DNA of 64,000 bases. Origin: Candidatus Bathyarchaeota archaeon. GTDB taxonomy: Archaea > Thermoproteota > Bathyarchaeia > Bathyarchaeales > Bathycorpusculaceae. Under the pieces are notes generated by a model. It did no database searches. It had not been told where the DNA came from and worked only from the letters and a program-made list of their open reading frames with translations. Shown here piece by piece: positions 9,272-19,366 of this stretch. The stretch covers positions 256,001 through 320,000 of the forward strand of contig CAWHDT010000005.1 of assembly GCA_963828195.1 (NCBI GenBank), written 5' to 3'. Numbering within the stretch: the first letter of the stretch is position 1; every line of letters starts with the position of its first letter. Position numbers and translations under genes: made by a program.

Positions 9272-10137
9272 CTGGGAAAGCGACGGCTATAGCTCATGGC
9301 GCGGCAACAATCGTGAATGCAATGGCGCTTGGCAAGGGCGCAGCATTCGGGGTTGACCTGTGGACTAAAGCCGAAGTAAAATTAACAGATGAACCCCATG
9401 TTATCAAGGCAGAAATAACCTCTGACCCCAAAGAAAACACCGCTTTAACCGAAAAAACCGTGATGCGGGTTCTGCGGCGGTTCAGCTTAGAGAACAGTTT
9501 TGGCGCCCAAGTAAAAACTTGGTCAAATATCCCTATCGCTAAAGGACTTAAAAGCAGCAGCACAGCCGCAAACGCAGTAGCCCTGGCAGCTACGGCAGCG
9601 TTGGACAAAACGCTTAGCGACTTAGAACTTGTCAATTTAGGCGTGGATGCTGCTTTTGACGCCAAAGTGACTGTAACAGGCGCTTTTGATGATGCATCTG
9701 CGTCATTCTTCGGCGGAGCAGTTATTACTGACAATTTGAATCGGGAAATAGTTAAGCAGTTGCCGTTGGCTGAAGACTTAATTGTTCTTTTCCATGTGCC
9801 GCCCCAGAAAGCGTACTCAGCCAACGCTGACGTGGCGAGGCTTCAAACTGTGAAACCGCTTGTTGAAGTCGCCTACAAGCAAGCGCTGGAAGGCAAGGTT
9901 TGGGAGGCGTTAACGCTTAACGGCTTAATTTATTCTTCAGCCTTCGGGTACAACCCTTCAATCGCGATTGATGCGTTGGCTGCCGGAGCGGCGGCGGCTG
10001 GATTATGCGGCAAAGGACCTGCGGTGACGGCGGTTACGCCCAGGGGCAAAGTTGATTCCGTGAAAACAGCACTGCAAAAATATGACGGCACAATAATACA
10101 GGCTAACATTAACCGTGAAAAAGCCAAGGTGCTCTAG
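9268..10137 (+). CDS. aroK: Archaeal GHMP-family shikimate kinase
   Basis: IPIAKGLKSSS, TVTGAFDDA and GKGP motifs. Confidence 0.9.
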   Translation: MTGKATAIAHGAATIVNAMALGKGAAFGVDLWTKAEVKLTDEPHVIKAEITSDPKENTALTEKTVMRVLRRFSLENSFGAQVKTWSNIPIAKGLKSSSTAANAVALAATAALDKTLSDLELVNLGVDAAFDAKVTVTGAFDDASASFFGGAVITDNLNREIVKQLPLAEDLIVLFHVPPQKAYSANADVARLQTVKPLVEVAYKQALEGKVWEALTLNGLIYSSAFGYNPSIAIDALAAGAAAAGLCGKGPAVTAVTPRGKVDSVKTALQKYDGTIIQANINREKAKVL

Positions 10138-10140
10138 CCA

Positions 10141-11445
10141 ATGACAAACATAATCATTAAGAAAACTGAAAAACTAAACGGCGAGGTTTGTGCTCCGCCA
10201 TCAAAGTCTTACACACAGAGAATGGCAATAGCCGCTGCACTGTCCGAGGGAGTTTCCAAAGTGTCAAATCCGCTTTTGTCAGAAGACACCCAAGCAACCC
10301 TGCGAGCCATCACTGCTTTAGGCGCCAACGTGGCGGCGGCTGAAGGCTGCTGGACTATTACGGGCGCAAACCCGCTTACAAACGCCAAAGAGCCTATTAA
10401 CTGCGGTGAATCAGGCGCCACATTGCGTTTCATGATACCTGTAGCGGCTTTACCGCCTGACCCATCAACTCTAATTTTTAAAGGTTCAATTGAACATAGA
10501 CCCATCGAACCATTAATCAAAAGTCTCGAGGAACTCGGGGCAAAAGCGCATCTGCGAAAACTTGGGGGCAAAGACGCCGTTGTAGTCGAGGGCGGCGGCA
10601 TCTTAGGAGGCGAAACCTCCATTCCGGGAGATGTCAGTTCCCAGTTTATTTCAGGATTAATGCTTGCCTGCCCAATGGCAAAAGTGGACACAGAAATCAC
10701 CCTAACGACTCCCCTTGAATCCGCGGATTACGTTAAAATGACGAGTGATGTTCTTTTTAAGCATGCGATTCAATTGGAAATTCACGACAACTTTAAACTC
10801 ATAAAGATCCCCGCTAACCAAACCTACAAGGCTGTTGACTGCAGAGTGCAAGGTGATTTTTCTTCAGCTGCATTCCTCCTCTCTGCCGCAGCAATAACAA
10901 GCTCCAAAGTTCAGGTAAGTAATCTTGAATACAAAAGTGTTCAAGGCGACAAGGCAATTCTGGGAATCCTAAAGCAAATGGGAATCGAAGGAAAAGTATG
11001 CCCCAGCAGCATCGAAATAAACGGAACCGGCAATTCGCTTGGACCCGTCAATGTTGACGCAAAAAATATTCCTGACTTAGTTCCAGCCTGCGCCGCGCTT
11101 GCATGCTACGCCGAAGGCACATCAAAAATCAGCGGTGCACAAAGGCTCAAACTTAAGGAGTCGGATAGGTTGAAGTCGCTTTATCTTGAGTTGAGAAAGA
11201 TGGGCGCAAAAATAAAGGCAGATTCAAGCAGCTTAACTATAGAAGGCCCCTGTGCCCTGCATGGCGCAGTAATTGACCCCCACAACGACCACCGCATAGC
11301 GATGGCCTGCGCGGTTGCAGCTTTAGGTGCGGAAGGCCAAACTACAATTCAACACGCTGAGTGTGTTCGAAAGTCTTATCCGCAGTTCTTCACTCATCTA
11401 AAACAGGTAGGAGCTGAAATTGTTGGCGGGAAATTCGATTGGTAA
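10141..11445 (+). CDS. aroA: 3-phosphoshikimate 1-carboxyvinyltransferase (EPSP synthase)
   Basis: PPSKS, CGESGATLR, SSQFISG, KESDR and DHRIAM motifs. Confidence 0.95.
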   Translation: MTNIIIKKTEKLNGEVCAPPSKSYTQRMAIAAALSEGVSKVSNPLLSEDTQATLRAITALGANVAAAEGCWTITGANPLTNAKEPINCGESGATLRFMIPVAALPPDPSTLIFKGSIEHRPIEPLIKSLEELGAKAHLRKLGGKDAVVVEGGGILGGETSIPGDVSSQFISGLMLACPMAKVDTEITLTTPLESADYVKMTSDVLFKHAIQLEIHDNFKLIKIPANQTYKAVDCRVQGDFSSAAFLLSAAAITSSKVQVSNLEYKSVQGDKAILGILKQMGIEGKVCPSSIEINGTGNSLGPVNVDAKNIPDLVPACAALACYAEGTSKISGAQRLKLKESDRLKSLYLELRKMGAKIKADSSSLTIEGPCALHGAVIDPHNDHRIAMACAVAALGAEGQTTIQHAECVRKSYPQFFTHLKQVGAEIVGGKFDW

Positions 11446-12529
11446 AGAATTCACAGTAACCACTTTCGGCGAAAGCCACGGCAGCGTCGTCGGCGTAGTC
11501 GTCGATGGCTGCCCAGCAGGGTTGCGCTTCTCCGAAGCAGATATTCAAGCAGAACTGGATAGACGCATTCCACCGGAACCCAAAATTGTTTCGGGAAGAA
11601 TCGAAAAAGACTCAGCCAAAATATTGTCAGGAGTTTTTAACGGTTTCACAACTGGCGCCCCAATAGCTTTAATCGTTGAAAACAAGGATGTTGACTCAAG
11701 CAATTACGAGGCAATCAAGGATTTACCACGGCCCGGGCATGCAGACTACCCAGCAAGCATAAAGTATGGAGGCTTTAACGATTACCGAGGCGGCGGACGC
11801 TTCTCAGGCAGGCTTACAGTCGCACTTATCATGGCCGGCGCGGTAGCCAAAAAACTGCTGAGCAGATTCGACGTTGACGTTTTAGCTTACACCCGAGCAG
11901 TTGGCAAAATTAAAAGTGATAAAGCGTTTACTGCTGAAGAAATCCGCAACAACAGGTACAAAGCGGTTACTCGATGTCCAGACTTTGCCTGTGCAGAAAG
12001 AATGGAAGAAGCCATCGTTGCCGCGAGAAAAGAGGGGGATAGTCTCGGAGGAATAGTTGAATGCATTGCCCTAAATGTCCCCGTAGGCGTTGGTGAGCCA
12101 CTGTTTGATTCGCTTGATGCGGATTTGGCAAAAGCCCTGTTTGATGTTCCCGCCGTAAAAGGTGTCGAGTTCGGCTTGGGCTTTAGAGCTTCAGAGTTAA
12201 AGGGCTCAGAAAACAACGACGCCTACTTTATGCAAAGCGGCAAAGTTGCAACGTCAACGGATAATGCAGGGGGCATCTTGGGAGGAATATCCACTGGAAT
12301 GCCAATCATGATGCAAGTTGCCATTAAACCAACTCCTTCAATCAACAAAGAACAAAAAACTGTTAATCTGTCTAAGATGGAAAATGCACGCCTCAGCATT
12401 AAGGGCAGGCATGACCCATGTGTGGTCCCGAAGGCTGTGCCCGCCGTGGAATCCGCGGTCGCCATAACCTTAGCTGACCATATGATTCGCGCTGGCTTTA
12501 TACCGAAAGTTTTGGAGAGACAGAAATAA
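11420..12529 (+). CDS. aroC: Chorismate synthase
   Basis: FGESHG, RPGHAD, GGILGGIS and GRHDPC motifs. Confidence 0.95.
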   Translation: MLAGNSIGKEFTVTTFGESHGSVVGVVVDGCPAGLRFSEADIQAELDRRIPPEPKIVSGRIEKDSAKILSGVFNGFTTGAPIALIVENKDVDSSNYEAIKDLPRPGHADYPASIKYGGFNDYRGGGRFSGRLTVALIMAGAVAKKLLSRFDVDVLAYTRAVGKIKSDKAFTAEEIRNNRYKAVTRCPDFACAERMEEAIVAARKEGDSLGGIVECIALNVPVGVGEPLFDSLDADLAKALFDVPAVKGVEFGLGFRASELKGSENNDAYFMQSGKVATSTDNAGGILGGISTGMPIMMQVAIKPTPSINKEQKTVNLSKMENARLSIKGRHDPCVVPKAVPAVESAVAITLADHMIRAGFIPKVLERQK

Positions 12530-12801
12530 TGGATGAAATCCAACAGCTTCGAAAAAAAGTAGACCAAGTTGACATGCAAATACTAAATGCCCTAAACGAA
12601 AGAGCCAAAATATGCAGAACTATCGGGTTAGCCAAGAAAAAAGTGGGGATGGAAATAAGGGACACTTCCAGAGAAAACGAGGTGTATAAGCGAGTTAAGG
12701 AAAAAGCGGTTGAATTTCATCTGGACCCCCTGCAAGTTGAAGCGGTTTACCGCGAAATAGTTAATATGTGCAGTGCTGTTCAAGAGGGGAAAGAACTCTA
12801 A
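12529..12801 (+). CDS. Chorismate mutase (AroQ type)
   Basis: LRKKVDQVD...LNERAK...IGLAKK...RDTSRE pattern; operon context. Confidence 0.85.
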   Translation: MDEIQQLRKKVDQVDMQILNALNERAKICRTIGLAKKKVGMEIRDTSRENEVYKRVKEKAVEFHLDPLQVEAVYREIVNMCSAVQEGKEL

Positions 12802-12815
12802 CGGAGAGTTGATCT

Positions 12816-13895
12816 GTGCTTTACGAAATAAATGAGAAAGCCATAAGGCTCGAAAATCAAGGCAAAAAAATAATCCGCTTAAACCTAGGAGACCCAGACT
12901 TAGCTACGCCAAACGAGATAATTGAAGCTGCGTACGCGGCGATGAAGGCGGGCAAAACAAAGTATTCTTCCTCTTACGGCGAAACCAACCTCAGAGAAAA
13001 GCTCGCCGAATTCCACGGAGTTAAAGCTGAAAATGTTGTTATCACTCCTGGTTCAAAATGGGGCATATTCGCTACAATGTATCTTATGTTGAAGGCTGGG
13101 GGAAACGTTATAATTCCCATGCCTTACTGGACAGCTTATGATTTAATCGCTAAAAGCCTTGGTGCTCAAACCAAACTTTTAAAGACCGAGATGGAAAATG
13201 GCTGGAAAGTAGATTTAGACAAGCTTGAAGCCATGATTGACAGCAACACCCGCATGATTATACTTAACAATCCGAACAATCCGACAAGCAAAGTCATGGA
13301 TACTGAAACACTTGACGGCATAGTTGAGATAGCCAACAGGAAAGGCGTTACAATATTGTCCGATGAGGTTTATGGCACAATCAGTTTCGTTAAATCAAAA
13401 AGCATCTTAGAGTACAACGGCAACCACAAACACATCTTAACCACTGGCTTCTCCAAAACCTTCACCATGACAGGCTGGCGAATAGGCTACATCGTGGCAA
13501 ACAAAGAGTTAGTCAACAACATAACCAAGCTAAACCAAATCACAATCAACAACGTCCCAGTTTTTATTCAGGAAGCAGCGCTAAAAGGGCTAGAAATGCA
13601 GAAACAACTTGCCACAAAAATAAAGAAGGAATATGAAGAACGCGCAAAAATGGCAAGCAAAACCTTAGCCAAAGCAGGATTCTTATTCACTGAGCCTGAA
13701 GCGCCGTTCTACGTGTTTCCCATGCATAAGGGTTTAAACTCGGAAAAATTCACTTTAGAACTGCTTGACAAGGGCGTAGCCGTTGCTCCAGGCACAGCCT
13801 TCGGCGATTATAGTGAGCATTTTCGCATTTCCTTAACCGCGCCGAGAGATCAAATTAAGGTCGGGTTGGAAAAAATCAGCGAGGCTCTTGAATGA
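12816..13895 (+). CDS. PLP-dependent class I/II aminotransferase (aromatic/aspartate)
   Basis: NNPNNPT, SDEVY, FSKTFTMTGWRIG and PGTAFG motifs. Confidence 0.9.
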   Translation: MLYEINEKAIRLENQGKKIIRLNLGDPDLATPNEIIEAAYAAMKAGKTKYSSSYGETNLREKLAEFHGVKAENVVITPGSKWGIFATMYLMLKAGGNVIIPMPYWTAYDLIAKSLGAQTKLLKTEMENGWKVDLDKLEAMIDSNTRMIILNNPNNPTSKVMDTETLDGIVEIANRKGVTILSDEVYGTISFVKSKSILEYNGNHKHILTTGFSKTFTMTGWRIGYIVANKELVNNITKLNQITINNVPVFIQEAALKGLEMQKQLATKIKKEYEERAKMASKTLAKAGFLFTEPEAPFYVFPMHKGLNSEKFTLELLDKGVAVAPGTAFGDYSEHFRISLTAPRDQIKVGLEKISEALE

Positions 13896-14764
13896 AAACC
13901 GCGATTCTAGGCGCCGGAAAGATGGGTGTCTGGTTCGCGAAATTCTGCAAAGAAAGCGGCGAGACAGTTGTTCTCGCTGACCGAAAAGCAGAGAAGTTGC
14001 CGAAACTGGCTAAGGAATTGGGAGTTGAAACCGCAGTCAGCTTCACTGAAGCCGTCAAAGATGCAGAGCTTATTATAGTATGCGTTTCAATAAGCAGCTT
14101 TGAAGAAGTCATCAAAACTATAGCCCCCAGCATCAGAAACGAACAAGTGGTAATGGATATCTGTTCAATCAAAGAGTATCCTGTCAGGGTAATGCATGAG
14201 AACATCAAACATGGCTTAGTTTTGGGCACTCACCCGCTTTTTGGTCCAGGAAGCAGCGGCGTCAAAGGAAAAGCATACATTTTGACTCCCACCAACCCTG
14301 AAGAAGAAAAATACGCTTTCAAATTCAAGGGGTGGCTGGAAAAGGTGGAAGCACATGTTTTTATTATGTCTCCTAAAAAGCATGATGAGTTGATTTCAGT
14401 TGTTTTGGGGTTGCCGCATTTCTTGGGGCTTGCCGCCTGCGAGGCGCTTGTGGAACGCAAAGATTTTGCAGAGACAAAAGAGGTTGCCGGAACCACTTAT
14501 CGGATGCTGTTCACTTTGGCAGAAGTTACAGCGCTGGAAACCCCCGACCTATATGCTAACCTTCAAACGAAACTGTCTGATTTTTCAATCGAAGACTTGT
14601 TTATGGCTAAAGCTAAAGAGTGGCTTGAACTGGTTAAAAGCGGAGATGCAGACGCAATCATGAAACGCATGGAGCAGCTAAAGGCAAAGTTGACTGAAGC
14701 TGACCCAGACTTCACCAAATCATACGAAGCAATGTACCGCATGCTTGAAGCTGCAGAAAAATAG
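13892..14764 (+). CDS. tyrA: Prephenate/arogenate dehydrogenase
   Basis: GAGKMG, DICSIK, GTHPLFGP and HD...GLPH motifs. Confidence 0.9.
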   Translation: MKTAILGAGKMGVWFAKFCKESGETVVLADRKAEKLPKLAKELGVETAVSFTEAVKDAELIIVCVSISSFEEVIKTIAPSIRNEQVVMDICSIKEYPVRVMHENIKHGLVLGTHPLFGPGSSGVKGKAYILTPTNPEEEKYAFKFKGWLEKVEAHVFIMSPKKHDELISVVLGLPHFLGLAACEALVERKDFAETKEVAGTTYRMLFTLAEVTALETPDLYANLQTKLSDFSIEDLFMAKAKEWLELVKSGDADAIMKRMEQLKAKLTEADPDFTKSYEAMYRMLEAAEK

Positions 14765-14772
14765 GGAAATTT

Positions 14773-15405
14773 TTGACTAAATCATTAATTGTCAACTGCT
14801 CTTTGAAAGGCAACAAAAATGAAGCCCTACGTGAAGCTGTTGGCAAATTTAGCGACTATACCGTCATTCAATTTCAAGATATCAATAAAGGTTACCGCAT
14901 TGGACAGAGTATTGACGCTATCATCTTGAGTGGGTCTGTAGCGAGGATAGTCGATCCATCCGACCAGAGCTTATTCAGAGAAACGGCTGATTTGATAAAA
15001 ACCTGCAGCTTGCCCATCTTCGGCACTTGTTTTGGTCATCAACTGCTCTGTTGGGCATTTGGCGCCAAAGTCGGGTCGCTCGCTCAACCCGTTTTTGACC
15101 GATTTGAAAGGGTTCGGGTTGTGGATAATGAAGATGATGATGGAGTATTTTCAGGCTTTCCAAAGGGGCAAACAGTACCCTTGGCTGAGTCACACTACGA
15201 TTACGTCTTAAAAGAAAGCCTCGTTGAGGCCGGTTTCGTTTTGCTGGCGGATTCAGCTTCATGCGAAGTCGAAGCCGTCAAGCACAAAACCAAACCTTTC
15301 TATGGAGTCCAATTCCACCCCGAACGCATAAACCAAAAAGGCCAATGCCATCCTGAAGGGCACAAAATCATAGAGAACTTTTACCGAAACGTCGTAGAGC
15401 GGTAG
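14773..15405 (+). CDS. Class I glutamine amidotransferase (GMP synthase subunit A-like)
   Basis: GTCFGHQ nucleophile elbow, SHYD and GVQFHPE motifs. Confidence 0.85.
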   Translation: MTKSLIVNCSLKGNKNEALREAVGKFSDYTVIQFQDINKGYRIGQSIDAIILSGSVARIVDPSDQSLFRETADLIKTCSLPIFGTCFGHQLLCWAFGAKVGSLAQPVFDRFERVRVVDNEDDDGVFSGFPKGQTVPLAESHYDYVLKESLVEAGFVLLADSASCEVEAVKHKTKPFYGVQFHPERINQKGQCHPEGHKIIENFYRNVVER

Positions 15406-15494
15406 CCATTGGTATTGGCACATTTTTGTTACATATGTAACAAATTCGTTCCAATGTTAACCCCAAAGCTTCATCAAAACAAGAAAACAAAATT

Positions 15495-16307
15495 TTAGAT
15501 GACTCTTGGGTAGGAGCCCAGGATTTTGACGAATGTAGCGTATTTCTCCAGCGCCTGCAGGGCTTCAGCACAGCGTTTTTCGGTCCTGTGGCCCTCAAAA
15601 TCCAAGTAGAAATTGTATTGCCACGCGGTGGTTTTTGTGGGTCTGGATTCAATTTTTGTCAAGTTAATGTTTCTTGATGCAAACTCGCCGAGCGCATGAT
15701 AGAGGACTCCCGGCTGGTGTTTAGTTGAGAATATGATTGAGGTTTTATCGTCGCCGGTGGGCGCAGCATCTTCGAAGCTAAGCACCAGGAACCGCGTGTA
15801 GTTCGTTAGGTTGTCGGAGATGTCGCGGGCGAGGATTTTCATGCCGTAGAGGTCAGCTGCTTTTTCGCCGGCGATGGCGGCGGCGTCTGTGAGGTTTTGT
15901 TCTTTGATTATTTTGACCGCTCCTGCTGTGTCGTAGGCGGGGATGATTTCCCATTTGTGCTTTTCAAGATATTTGCGGCACTGAGCTAATGCTTGGGGAT
16001 GCGAGTAAACGGTTTTGATGTCTTCAAATTTGGCTGCTGGATTGCCGATGAGGACATGGGCAAGTTTTACGGCGACTTCCCCGCAGACTTTCAGGTCGTA
16101 GGTGAGGAATAGGTCGTAGTTTTGGTTGACGCTGCCTTCAATAGAGTTCTCAATCGGAACCACACCATGCGGTACAGCGCCTGTTTTTACTGATTCAAAG
16201 ACTTCTTGAAAATCTCTGCAGGGAACGGGCTCTGCTTTGCTGCCGAAAAACTTGTAGACAGCCATTTCACTGTAAGCGCCGCTTTCGCCCTGATAAGCTA
16301 TCTTCAC
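15495..16307 (-). CDS. pheA: Prephenate dehydratase with ACT domain
   Basis: YQGESGAYSE, PIENSIEG, SHPQALAQC, NYTRF and LTKIESRP motifs. Confidence 0.95.
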   Translation of the reverse strand: MKIAYQGESGAYSEMAVYKFFGSKAEPVPCRDFQEVFESVKTGAVPHGVVPIENSIEGSVNQNYDLFLTYDLKVCGEVAVKLAHVLIGNPAAKFEDIKTVYSHPQALAQCRKYLEKHKWEIIPAYDTAGAVKIIKEQNLTDAAAIAGEKAADLYGMKILARDISDNLTNYTRFLVLSFEDAAPTGDDKTSIIFSTKHQPGVLYHALGEFASRNINLTKIESRPTKTTAWQYNFYLDFEGHRTEKRCAEALQALEKYATFVKILGSYPRVI

Positions 16308-17824
16308 TTTTTGTTTCCCTGTTTATGTTTAAGCAGAAGCTTGTTTATACCGTTTATCATTGCTTCAACGCTTGCCATAACGATGTCTTCTCTGGCGGCG
16401 TATGCCGAAACAAGGTTGCCTTCCTCGTCCTCCACCTTAATGACTACTTCTGCTACAGCGTTTGAGCCTCCTGTGATTGCTTCTAAACGGTACTCTCTGA
16501 GCCGTATGTTTTCCATGTTATTGGTTATTTTTTGGATAGCTTTTAAAACGGCGTCAACTGGGCCGACGCCTGTTTCGGCGGCAATATATTCTTTCCCGTT
16601 CAAGATTAGCCTCACTGAAGCAGTCGGAATAACTTTAATTCCCGTCATAACGGCTAAGTCGCTTAAGTCAATGATTTTTTCTTCCCCAATCACTTCGCCC
16701 ATGACCGCTGAAGTTAACGCAAATAAATCAGCATCCGTAACCATTTTACCCTTATCGCCTAACTCTTTAACACGCTGGACAATTTCCTGCAGTTGCCGCT
16801 CTGTCGGGTGGATGCCTATTTCTTCCAGTTCAGCTTTTATGCCGCTTGTTCCAGCAAGTTTTCCCGCAACTAATTTCCTTGTGCGCCCGACTAACTCAGG
16901 TTTTATCGGCTCAAAGGTCAGTGGCTTCTCTGTTACTCCGCGAGTGTGAATGCCTGATTCGTGGGCAAAAGCGTTTTCTCCTACAATCGCCTTGTTAGCT
17001 TGCACATTTATGCCGGTCAATGACGAAACCAGCCTGGAAGTGCTGTATAATAACCGCGTGTTTACGCCTGTCCTGTACTTGTAAATCAGATGCAAAGCCA
17101 TAACCACTTCCTCAAGTGAAGCGTTTCCAGCGCGCTCACCTAACCCGTTGACAGCAACATGCACCTGATCGGCGCCAGCTTCGACTGCGGCTAAGGAGTT
17201 TGCAACGGCTAAACCAAAATCGTCGTGGCAATGGGTGCTGATGGGAACGTTAACTACAGTTTTTAGTTCTTCAATGAGTTTGATGGTTGTTTTGGGAATC
17301 ATGATGCCTACAGTGTCGGGAACGTTTAGGGTGTCCATTCCTGCTTTCTCAGCTGCTCGGCAAACATGCTTTAAGAATGCAGGTTCTGAGCGCGTGGCAT
17401 CCATTGGCGAAAACTCGCATTTGAAACCATGCTTCTTAACGTACTCGATCGATTCGACGGTTGCAGACAGCACCTGCTCAGGCGTTAAGTTCACGGCGTA
17501 CTTCATCTGCACGGGCGATGTGGGAATAAAAACGTGGATTAAGTCAACTTCGCATTCGATTGCGGCGTCAATATCGCCTTTTGTTGCACGCGTCAAAGCG
17601 CAGATTTCAGGTTTTAAACCTGAGTTTGCAATTTCTTTGACGACTTTTTTTTCGCCCTCAGAAGAACTTGGAAAACCTGCTTCGATAACGTCAACGCCTA
17701 GCTTGCTTAGTTGACCTGCAATCTCAATCTTGTCGTCTGCAGTTAAAGTAACGCCGGGGGTTTGTTCGCCGTCTCTTAATGTTGTGTCAAAAATACGGAT
17801 TTGCTTTGAGGTTTTATCTGTCAT
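16304..17824 (-). CDS. leuA: 2-isopropylmalate synthase / (R)-citramalate synthase
   Basis: DTTLRDGEQ, HCHDDFG, GLGERAGN, HESGIH and GVGPVDA regulatory domain; CimA cannot be excluded. Confidence 0.85.
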   Translation of the reverse strand: MTDKTSKQIRIFDTTLRDGEQTPGVTLTADDKIEIAGQLSKLGVDVIEAGFPSSSEGEKKVVKEIANSGLKPEICALTRATKGDIDAAIECEVDLIHVFIPTSPVQMKYAVNLTPEQVLSATVESIEYVKKHGFKCEFSPMDATRSEPAFLKHVCRAAEKAGMDTLNVPDTVGIMIPKTTIKLIEELKTVVNVPISTHCHDDFGLAVANSLAAVEAGADQVHVAVNGLGERAGNASLEEVVMALHLIYKYRTGVNTRLLYSTSRLVSSLTGINVQANKAIVGENAFAHESGIHTRGVTEKPLTFEPIKPELVGRTRKLVAGKLAGTSGIKAELEEIGIHPTERQLQEIVQRVKELGDKGKMVTDADLFALTSAVMGEVIGEEKIIDLSDLAVMTGIKVIPTASVRLILNGKEYIAAETGVGPVDAVLKAIQKITNNMENIRLREYRLEAITGGSNAVAEVVIKVEDEEGNLVSAYAAREDIVMASVEAMINGINKLLLKHKQGNKK

Positions 17825-17828
17825 TTTT

Positions 17829-18866
17829 TCAACCAGTTTTCACTGTTAGGGCTGCAGCAATGGCTTCCGCCATCCCCACGGTCGTGGCTTTGCCGCCGCA
17901 GTCTGGAACAGTTTGACCGTTACGTAACGCGTATATTACCCCATTCTCGATTGCTTGACCTGCCTGCATACATTTTTTATCATTGTATTTCTCGCCCAGC
18001 CACTCCAACATCATCTTCGCGGACAGCACCATGGAGATGGGGTTTGCAGTGTGTTTGCCCGCTCTGTTCGGTGCGGAACCGTGGATTGGTTCGAAGAGGG
18101 CAAAGTTGTCACCTATATTCGCGCCAGGAGCCATGCCTAATCCGCCGATTAGCTGGGCTGCTTCGTCCGAGAGGATGTCGCCGAACATGTTGCAGGTGCA
18201 AAATACATCGAACACTTGCGGCTCTTTTATCAGACGCATCGAAGCTGCATCAACGTATAACTCGTTGAAAGCTATGTCAGGGTACTTTTTTGCAGTTTCG
18301 CGGCATACGCTGGCGAATAATCCGTCGGTTACCCGCATGACGTTTGCTTTGTGGATCGCGGTTACTTTCTTTTTGCCGTTGCGTAAACGGGCAATCGCGA
18401 AGGCTTTTTTGGCTATACGTTCACAGGCGCCTCTTGTGATGACTCTCATGCAGATGGTTGTGTCGTTGCCCACAGTGAATTCTAAGCCTTTGTAAACGTC
18501 CTCAGTGTTTTCCCTGACAAACATCATGTCAATGTCGGGTCGAGCAACCGGAACGTTAGGGTAAGCCTTCAACGGACGCAAATTAGCGTACAAATCGAAC
18601 ATTACACGCAGCTTAACTATAACATCAGCCGCGCTTTCGCCTACCGGACCCTTTAAGCAAGCGTGGGATTCCCTGATTTTTTGAACCGTGTCTTCTGGCA
18701 ATGCAGCGCCTCTTTTTGCTAAGGTCCCGTCGCCCGCTTCAGCTTCAACCAAGTTAAGTTTTATACCAAACTTTTTCTGGGCAGCGTCTAAAACTTTCAT
18801 TGTTGCTTCTGTCAGTTCTGGGCCAATCCCGTCGCCGGGAATTAGGGAAATTTTGTATTCAGTCAT
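17829..18866 (-). CDS. leuB: 3-isopropylmalate dehydrogenase
   Basis: GDGIGPE, RENTE, HKANV, NMFGDILSD and EPIHGSAP motifs. Confidence 0.9.
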   Translation of the reverse strand: MTEYKISLIPGDGIGPELTEATMKVLDAAQKKFGIKLNLVEAEAGDGTLAKRGAALPEDTVQKIRESHACLKGPVGESAADVIVKLRVMFDLYANLRPLKAYPNVPVARPDIDMMFVRENTEDVYKGLEFTVGNDTTICMRVITRGACERIAKKAFAIARLRNGKKKVTAIHKANVMRVTDGLFASVCRETAKKYPDIAFNELYVDAASMRLIKEPQVFDVFCTCNMFGDILSDEAAQLIGGLGMAPGANIGDNFALFEPIHGSAPNRAGKHTANPISMVLSAKMMLEWLGEKYNDKKCMQAGQAIENGVIYALRNGQTVPDCGGKATTVGMAEAIAAALTVKTG

Positions 18867-19366
18867 TTTTTATTCATCTTCTTCCTTAGGTTTTCGATTA
18901 ATCCACCATCTGCCAATATTTCAATTATGAATGAGGGTAGCTTTTCTACTTGAAAGCTTTTGCCTCTTGAAATATTTTCTATCTTGCCAGCTTCAACATC
19001 TACAGATAATTCGTCGCCGGTTTCAACGGCGGCAGATATGCCTTCGCATTCAATCACGGGTAAACCTATGTTAATCGCGTTTCGGAAGAAAATTCGGGCG
19101 AAAGATTCTGCTATCACACATTTTACGCCCGCGTACTTTAGAGCCAGAGGCGCTTGCTCCCGGCTTGAGCCGCACCCGAAGTTTTTGCCGCCTACCAAGA
19201 TTACGCCTTTCTCTGCTTTCTTTGGAAATGTGCAGTCTAAACTTTCCAGTGCATGTTGCGCCAATTCAGTTGGGTCAACTAAGGTCAGGTATTTTCCAGG
19301 CAAAATAACGTCTGTGTCAATGTTGTTTCCGAATTTTATCGCCGGGGCTTTGAATTTCATATTCAT
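18863..19366 (-). CDS. leuD: 3-isopropylmalate dehydratase small subunit
   Basis: IDTDVILP, NFGCGSSREQA and SFARIFFRN motifs. Confidence 0.92.
   Translation of the reverse strand: MNMKFKAPAIKFGNNIDTDVILPGKYLTLVDPTELAQHALESLDCTFPKKAEKGVILVGGKNFGCGSSREQAPLALKYAGVKCVIAESFARIFFRNAINIGLPVIECEGISAAVETGDELSVDVEAGKIENISRGKSFQVEKLPSFIIEILADGGLIENLRKKMNKK

Noticed and set aside
16206-16949. Long antisense ORFs such as 16206-16949, 9294-9824 and 28208-28798
   Set aside because: Shadow frames opposite well-supported genes.
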